DNA from: a virus
Length of the DNA: 64,000 bases
Strand: one strand, 5' to 3'
Virus record (IMG/VR): IMGVR_UViG_3300027804_002057
Of this stretch, positions 53,801 to 62,800 are shown one piece after another. Numbering within the stretch: position 1 is the first letter of the stretch; the number at the start of each line of letters is the position of its first letter. The notes beneath the pieces were generated by a model that saw only the letters and a program-made list of their open reading frames with translations, did no database searches and was not told the origin of the DNA. Both the position numbers and the translations under genes were made by a program.

Positions 53801-56800
53801 TCAATATTGGTTGTGGTTCACTTATGTAAACACTATTAACAATCGATTGTGCCAATCTTCTAGCATAATCTATTGCTGTTGTTGTTTCATCTAATTGAAC
53901 TCCAGTTGCTAATGAAGGATATAAATAATAGAACTCTCCAGCTTTATTGCTTCTTTCATTTCCACCATATAATAAATCAGTTGCTACCGCATCTACAATA
54001 TATCCAACATCTCTTTTACATTTAGATTCAATATAATCCAATTCAGGATACTTAGCGTTTACAAATGCTAAAGTTTCTTCTTGTATGAATGTTTTATTAG
54101 ATTTTAATAAATTATAAGCGTATTGAGTTGCTGCATCGGTTGATGTTAATAATGAACCAGAAACAACTCTCATAGCCAGTCCTTTAGCGTATCTAACACC
54201 AGTTAATGTTGGTTCTAATTGAGCCGAAGTAGCTTGTGAAGGATAATCATAATAATATCTACCAGCTACAATACTTCTTTCGTTTCCACCATATAAAAGG
54301 TCAGTTGCTACCGCATCTACGATATAACCAATATCTCTACTACAACTTAATTCATTATAATCAAATCCTTGCCAAGAAGAACTAACATATGCAATTGATT
54401 CAGATTGTATAAATCCTTTATTTTTAATTAAAGATGTATAAGATGCTGATGTAGCTTGTGAATACCAAGCCGATTCCGATATGTGGTACATTAATGTACT
54501 CTTTACAGCTTTTTGTGCAATTCCACTAGCAAACTTTAACGCTGTTATAGTTTGGTCTAATTGAGTTGTAGTTGCTTGAGATGGATAATCATAGTAGTAT
54601 TTACCATTTGTCAATGATGCTGAGTTACCACCAAATAAAAGGTCAAATGCTGCTCCACTTACAATCAATCCAACATCACGTCTACACTTAGCTTCATCAT
54701 AATAGAATGAAGACCAAGAAGAACTCATATATGCGATTGTTTCATTTACAATTAAATCAGTATTATTGATTAATAAATTGTAAGATGAAGTTATCTTTGT
54801 ATTTGTATTAGCTACCGCTTGTGGACCAACATATGAAATTGAACTTGTTCCACTATTTAGTAAAACATCTATTACAACACCAAATGATGATGAAACTAAT
54901 TTAGATTGTAAATCTCTATTAACACCATCAGTTAATCTAATTTGCTGAGTGTTTGTTACTTTGAAACTTGCGGAAGTATTAAGTATTGGAGTTGGTATTA
55001 CTGTTGTTCCATTTTCTACAATATTCAATACATTTCCAAATAGATTAGAAATTCTATTCTTTTGATATTCAGAGCCACTTAATATTGGTAGTATTTGAGT
55101 AGCTGATGTTATTTTTACAGATGATGATACATTTGTGACAACATTAGGTATTACATTTGTTCCATTTTTTATAATATTAATAACATTTCCAAAAGATGAA
55201 CTTATTGAGCTAGTTTGTGAATTGTAACTTCCACTTCCTAATATTTGCGTATGAGATGAAATATGTAATAAAGTTGGAGTTAATAATTCAAATCCATAAT
55301 TAAAATTACTAGCTAATGCATCAGGTAATGAAGCACTACCATTGTAAATAATATCTTTTATCAATTCAAAAGAAGAAGTAGTTATACCGATTTCTACCAC
55401 ACTTGCTGAAATTGATGATGATACTATTGGTTCTGATGTTACTTTTATTGCATTTACACCATTTCCTACAAATGTTGGTAATGCGGTCAATCCACTTTCT
55501 ATTACTTTTGTTACAGTAGAGAAAGATGAACTTACTTCTGATATTTTTGTACTTCCAACATTTATTGATGATGTATATTGGTTAATATTTCCTACTTTAA
55601 TATTATTATCAACATTACTTGTAGTTGTTGGAGATACTAATTTAATATTTTGAACTATTTTTTTACTTAATGCTTTTACATAATCAACTCCAGCTACAGT
55701 TTCTTTTACTTGTTCAGTTTTTGTAGCTTTTGATGGATAACGGTAATAGTAATCTCCGGCGATAATACTTCTTTGATTACCACCATACCATAAATCAGTT
55801 GCAACATTGTTTACAATATATCCAACATCACGTCTACACTTTTCTCTATTGTAAACTAAATATGGATAAAACGCATCTATAAATTGAATAGTTTCATTTT
55901 GAATAAATTGTCTATTTGAAACCATTAATGAATAAGCGGATTGTACATATTCAGTTGGATATGATAATAATTGATTAGATATTACTTTTTGTGAAACTCC
56001 TGCTGCAAATGTTATACCATCTAAAGTAGGTCCTTTTTGTGCATCAGTTGTTGGTGATACGGATGATGTTACAGTTGCTGCTGAAGGATATAGGTAATAG
56101 TATTCTCCTGCTTTAGAACTTCTTTCATTTCCACCATATACTAAATCAGTTGCTACATTATCAATAATATATGCAACATCTCTACTACAACTTGCTTCGT
56201 TAAATTGGAAGTTATTAATCCCAACCCAAGAAGAACTTAAGAATGCAATAGTTTCTTTTTGAACAAATTGTTTATTTTTATTAAGTAATTCCCAAGCTGT
56301 TATTTCAGATATTGTTGGTTTTTGTAAAAGTATGTTTCTTGCTATTTTTTCAGAAATACCTTTAGCGTATTTAATACCATCTAAAGTTTGTCCTAATTGT
56401 CCAGCCGAATCACCATCACCATCCACAGTTGCTAATGAAGGATATAAATAATAATATTCACCTGCTCTAGCTGATGATTCGTTACCACTATATAAAATAT
56501 CCGTTGCTACTGCATCTACAATATATCCCACGTCACGTCTACACTTAGCTTCATTGTATTCAAAGAAACTCCATGCTGAATTTAAGAATCCAATAGTTTC
56601 AGTTTGGATAAGTTCTTTATTATCAACCAATAATTGATATACCGTTTGTCTAGATAATGAACTTGATACAAATACATTATTACTCAATACTTGCTCAAGC
56701 ATATGTTTAGCGTGCCCAATACCACTTAATGTTGGTCCTAATTGAGTTGAAGTTGCAGTTGATGGTTCTATGTAATAATATCTACCAGCCTCTATACTTC

Positions 56801-59800
56801 TTTCATTTCCACCATAAACAATATCAGTTGCTACCGCATCTAAGATATATCCTACATCTCTCTTACAAGTATCTTCATTGTATTGGAATCCATTCCAACT
56901 AGCAGAAACATAAGCAATTACTTCATTTGCTATAAAGTTTTTATTACTTACAATAAGCTCTTTTGCTTGTAATTTATTTTGAGAAACTTTAATAAATTGT
57001 TGGTTTCTTAATAATTTATCTGCTAAGTTTTTAGCGTAAGTTACTCCAGTTACAGTTTCTTTTAATTGAGAACCAGTTGCTGCCGATGGATATAGGTAAT
57101 AGTAAACTCCAGACTTAACACTTCTTTCATTACCACCCCATTTAATATCAGTTGCCACAGAATCAATAATATATCCTACATCTCTACGGCAAGTTGTTTC
57201 ATCATATTGCTTAGTACTCCAAGAAGAACTAATATATGCAATAGTTTCGTTTTGTATAAATTGCTTATTATACTTTAATAAATCATAAGCAACATTTGAT
57301 TGTGAAGTAGGTAAACTAAACTGAACACCTCTTACTACTTTTTGTGCTAATTGAGATGCGTATATAATACCATCTAAAGTTTGATTTAATTGTGCACCTT
57401 GCGCTTGAGATGGATATTCATAATAGAACTTACCATTTACAACCGAAGCAGAGTTACTATTAAATACCAAATCTTCAGCTGCTCCACTAATAATTAATCC
57501 AACATCACGTCTACACTTAGTTTCATCATATGATGCAGTACTCCAAGAAGATGATAAGTAAGCTATTACTTCATTTTGTATAAATGGAATGTTATTTTTA
57601 AGAATTCCATAAGCTATCCATTTATTATCATTACTTAAAGGTGATGTATATGATGATGTAGATAATCCAGTTATTATAGAACCAGTTCCATTAGCTATAA
57701 TATTGGTTACAATAGAAATTGATGCTGATATTAAATTACTTTCAGTAATAGTTGCTGATGATGCTGAAATGTATTGTTGTGTACCAGTAACTTTAATATT
57801 ATTGTTTGTATTTGAAACTATTGTTGGTACTACATTTAATCCGTTTTCTAAAATATTAATTATAGTGTTGAAACTTGCGCTTACACTATTTAACGGATTT
57901 CCAAAATAAGATGAAGATAAAGCTACTGATGATGAATACTGATTAGTATCAGTTATTTTTACTAATGCAGCTGTATTTTTAACCAATGATGGAATTGAGC
58001 CTGTTCCATTTTCTACAATATCTAAAACAATATCAAATGAAGTATTTGATGTAGTTTTATATGTTTGAGATATTGATGCGGTTGATATAAATTGATTTAC
58101 ATTTGTTCTCTTAACCAATCCACTAGCATTATTAACTATTGTTGGTATTGAACCTGTGCCATTATCAATAATATCAATAACAATATCAAATGAATTTTTT
58201 ACTTTTAAATAATCAGCAGGTTGTGGAGTTATAGATGATGTATGTTGTGTATAAACATATTGATTACTTACAACACTATTTGCTAAAGTTCTAGCATAAT
58301 TGATTCCTTCTAAAGTTTGCTCTAACTGAGAACCAGTTGCTTGTGATGGGTATAAGAAATAAAATCTACCAGCTTCAATACTTCTTTCGTTACCACCATA
58401 TAAAATATCAGTAGCAACATTATCAATAATATAACCAACATCTCTTTTACATTTATCTTCGTTATAAGATACTGTTGAAAGATTTGCATTAATCTTAGCT
58501 ATTGTTTGATTTTGAATCCAATATTTGTTATCTAATAGTAAATCATATGCAGTTTGCTTAGATAAAGATGCAGTTTGGAATATTACATTTTGTACAATTT
58601 TTTGAGCAAGTCCACTAGCATATCTAATACCATCTAAAGTTTGATTTAATTGTGCACCTTGTGCTTGTGATGGATATTCATAATAGAATTTACCATTTAT
58701 AGCAGATGCTGATATAGAATTGAAGATTAAATCTTCCGCTGCTCCACTTACTATTAATCCAACATCACGTCTACATTTACTTTCATCATATGAAGCTGTA
58801 CTCCAAGAAGATGATAAGTAAGCGATAGTTTCATCTTGTATAAATTTAATATTTTGCTTTAATAAATTATAAGCGTAATATGCATTAGATGCAGATGTTG
58901 CTGAACTATAAACTGATACAGATGGTACTGCTGAAAGCCCATTTGCTACAATATTCATTACCAATCCAAATGAAGAAGAAAGTATATTTGCTTCATTTGA
59001 TGTACCAATATATGATGATGTAATGTATTGCTGAGTGGTTGTTGCTTTAATATTATTAGTTGTATTTAAAACAACAGAAGGTATAGAACCAGTTCCGTTT
59101 TCTACAACATCCAAAACTATTGCAAATGATGAACTTACATTTTGTACATCTATTGTATCTACATTATTTGAAGAAGTTATTTGAGAACCTGCTATTCTTG
59201 CAACACCTTTTAATGAAGATGATACTATTGTTGGAATAACTGCAACCCCTTTATCAATAATATTGATTACATTACCAAATGATGATGATATTATTAACTT
59301 ATCAGAATCATTTGTAGAATTATTTATTTTATATTGTATAGAATTTGTCTTTTTTATACCAGCATCAGTATTAGATACTAATGATGGGTATGCAGAGCTT
59401 CCACTTTCTATTATTTTAGAGACTGTATCAAATCCATCTTCTATTGCTTTACCACCAATTGCTATTAGTTTTGATAAATCTCTACCAAAATTAATAGCAT
59501 CAATTGTTTCCTCACTTTGGTCAGATGTTGCTAAATTTGGATATTTGTAATAGAATCTTCCAGAAATTATACTTCTTTCATTACCACCATATACCAAGTC
59601 AGTAAGAACACCATCAAGTATAAATCCAACATCTCTATAACACTTAGAAGTATTATATTTTAATGAAGGATATACTTCACTTACATAATCAATTACATTT
59701 TGTTGTATTAATGCTCTTTGCTCTTTAACTAATTGTCTAGCGTTTAATACTAATGTTGTTGGTTGTACTAAAACTTTATTTAAAATAATGTTTTGTGCTA

Positions 59801-62800
59801 ATCTATTAGCGTATTCAACACCAGTTGTAGTTGGGTCTAATTGTGCAGTTGTAGAAGGTACACCACCAACAGTTGCTGATGATGGGAATTTATAATAAAA
59901 CTCGCCCGCAATAGATGTTCTCTCATTACCACCATACACTAAATCGGTTCTTACTGCATCAATAATATACCCTACATCTCGCTTACATTTATCTTCATTG
60001 TATAATACACCACTCCAAGAAGAACTTACATATTCAACAACTTCATTTGCTATAAGTTGTTTGTTCTCGCTCATCAATCTACTTGCTTCTAATTTATCAG
60101 AATTAGCTGATTGGAATATCGAACCACTTACAATATTTTGTGCAATTCTACTAGCATATTTTACACCATCGGTTGTTTGTAGTAATTGAGAACCAGTTGC
60201 CTGTGATGGGTATAAGAAATAATACAAACCTGCTACTCTACTTCTTTCGTTACCACCATAAACTAAGTCAGTTCGTACCGCATCAATAATATAACCCACA
60301 TCTCTCTTACAAGTTGTTTCGTTATAATCAAATCCACCCCAAGAAGAACTTAAATATGCAATAGTTTCATTTTGTATAAACTCTTTGTTATTAAATAATA
60401 AAGCGTTTGATGCAGAAACATTTGTTGATGGTAAACTAAATGTTATACCTTGTGTAATTACTTTTTGTGCCAATCTACTTGCGTAGTTGATACCATCTAA
60501 AGTTTGATTTAATTGTCCACCAGTATCACCATCATTACCAATAGTTGCTTGTGATGGATATTCATAATAGAATTGTCCGTTTACAATAGATGCGGAGTTA
60601 GCACCAAATAAAAGGTCTTCAGCTGCTCCACTTATTATTAAACCAATATCTCTCTTACATTTAACTTCATCATATTGGAATCCACTCCAAGAAGAACTTA
60701 AATATGCAATAGTTTCATTTTGTATAAATGGAATGTTAGCTTTTAATATTTGATATACACCAACTTTAGTAGAAATACTTGCGGTATAAATTGTTTTTGC
60801 AAAAAGGTCTACATTTCCAGTTTCAACTATTTGAGTTACTTTAGAAATAGATTGAGAAATAAATGATATATCTTCCAAACTACCACTATAAGATGCTGAT
60901 ATAAATTGTGAAGTTGACGTTACTTTGATATTTCCTGCAGTATTTTGAACTAATGTTGGTAATACTGAAGTTCCGTTTGTTATTGCATTTATTATTGTAC
61001 CAAAAGAAGAACTTATACTAGCGGTTTGATTATTCGTACCAACATTTGCACTAATCCATTGTGGAGTTGATGTTACTTTAATACTTGCCGATGTGTTTGA
61101 AACAAATGTATCTAATTGAGATAATCCACCACTAATAATTTCAACAACATACGCAAATGATTGTGAAATAGATGAAGTTAAATTAGAAGAAACAGTTGAA
61201 CCAAATACTTGCTCAATATCGGTTACTTTAATTAAATTTTCTACAGAAGATGTAAATACAGGCTCTGCTACAATTCCACCACCAATAATAGAAGTAACAA
61301 TATTAAAGTTTCTATCAATAGTATTAACTTCATTTGGTGTTACATATGATGATGTTATTTGTGAACCACTTGTTACATTTAATGGATTTGCAACATTCCA
61401 GTTTTGTCCAGTGTTTTGTGCTAAAATAGATGGAATTGCTGATAATCCTCTTTTAATAATTCCTTCCATTATTGAGAAAGAACTACTAATTATATTTTGT
61501 TGTGTTTTAGTTCCACTTACAGATGATGTAACATTTGTATTAGATGTTACTTTAATATTTTTTTCATCATTGTTTACAATTCTTGGTGTATCTAAAATAA
61601 TATTTTGTACAATATAATCTCCAATAATTTTAGAATACTTTATACCACCAATTGTTTCTTTTCTTTGAATAGAAGTTGCAACAGATGGATAATCGTAATA
61701 ATATCTACCAGCAGTTACAGCTCTTTCGTTACCACCATATAATAAATCGGTTGCTACATTATCAATGATGTACCCAACATCACGTCTACACTTATCAGTA
61801 TTATATTTTAATTGTGGATACGCAACATTGATATATTCTATGGTTTCGTTTTGAATTAAAGATTTATTTTGTTTAAGTAAATCATAAGCAGCTTGTGTTG
61901 ATGCATTTGGTTGATTAAATGTTTTATTTTTAACCAAATTTGTTGCTACACCAGCAGCATATCTTATACCATCTAATGTTTGTCCTAATTGTCCTTCTGA
62001 ATCACCATCACCTCTTACAATTGCTAATGATGGGTATAAATAATAAAATCTACCCGCCTCTCTAGCTCTTTCATTACCACCATATTTTAAATCGGTAATT
62101 ACAGCATCTACAATATATCCAATATCTCTACGGCATTTAGTTTCATTATAATAGAAATTAGACCAAGACGAACTTAAGAATGTTATAGTTTCTTCTTGTA
62201 TAAATTTTTTATTTTCAAATAAATTATCAGCTACATTTTTCTTTTGTTGCAAATATGCATTATCTAAAATATTAGTGAAGTTTGAATTTTTAACTAAATT
62301 TATAGCTAATCCAGCTGCATATTTTACTGCTGTTTTTGTTGGGTCTTTTTGTACAGTTGTTGCTTCAGATGGATATTCGTAATAGAATCTACCAGCAGTA
62401 ATACTATTATTGTTACCACCATAAATAAGGTCTTGACAAACAGCATTAACTAAGTAACCAACATCTCTACGGCAAGTTGCTTCATCATAACTAAAATCAG
62501 ACCAAGATGAAGATACATATTGAATTACTTCTTCTTGTATAAATGTCTTACTTCCAGTTAAAATTTCATAAGCATTTAATATATCAACATCATTTGTGGA
62601 TTGATTACTTCCAGATATTGTTTGTGGATATGTTAATGTATTTGAAATTAAATAGAATGGTGTTTCTGAATTATTTACAATATCAAACTTACCACTTAAT
62701 GTATTATTAATTTGTGCAGTATAATATAATGTGTTTGGTGCATCATATGGGACAGTAAATGTTATATTACCAACACTATCACCATTGTTTACAACACCTT

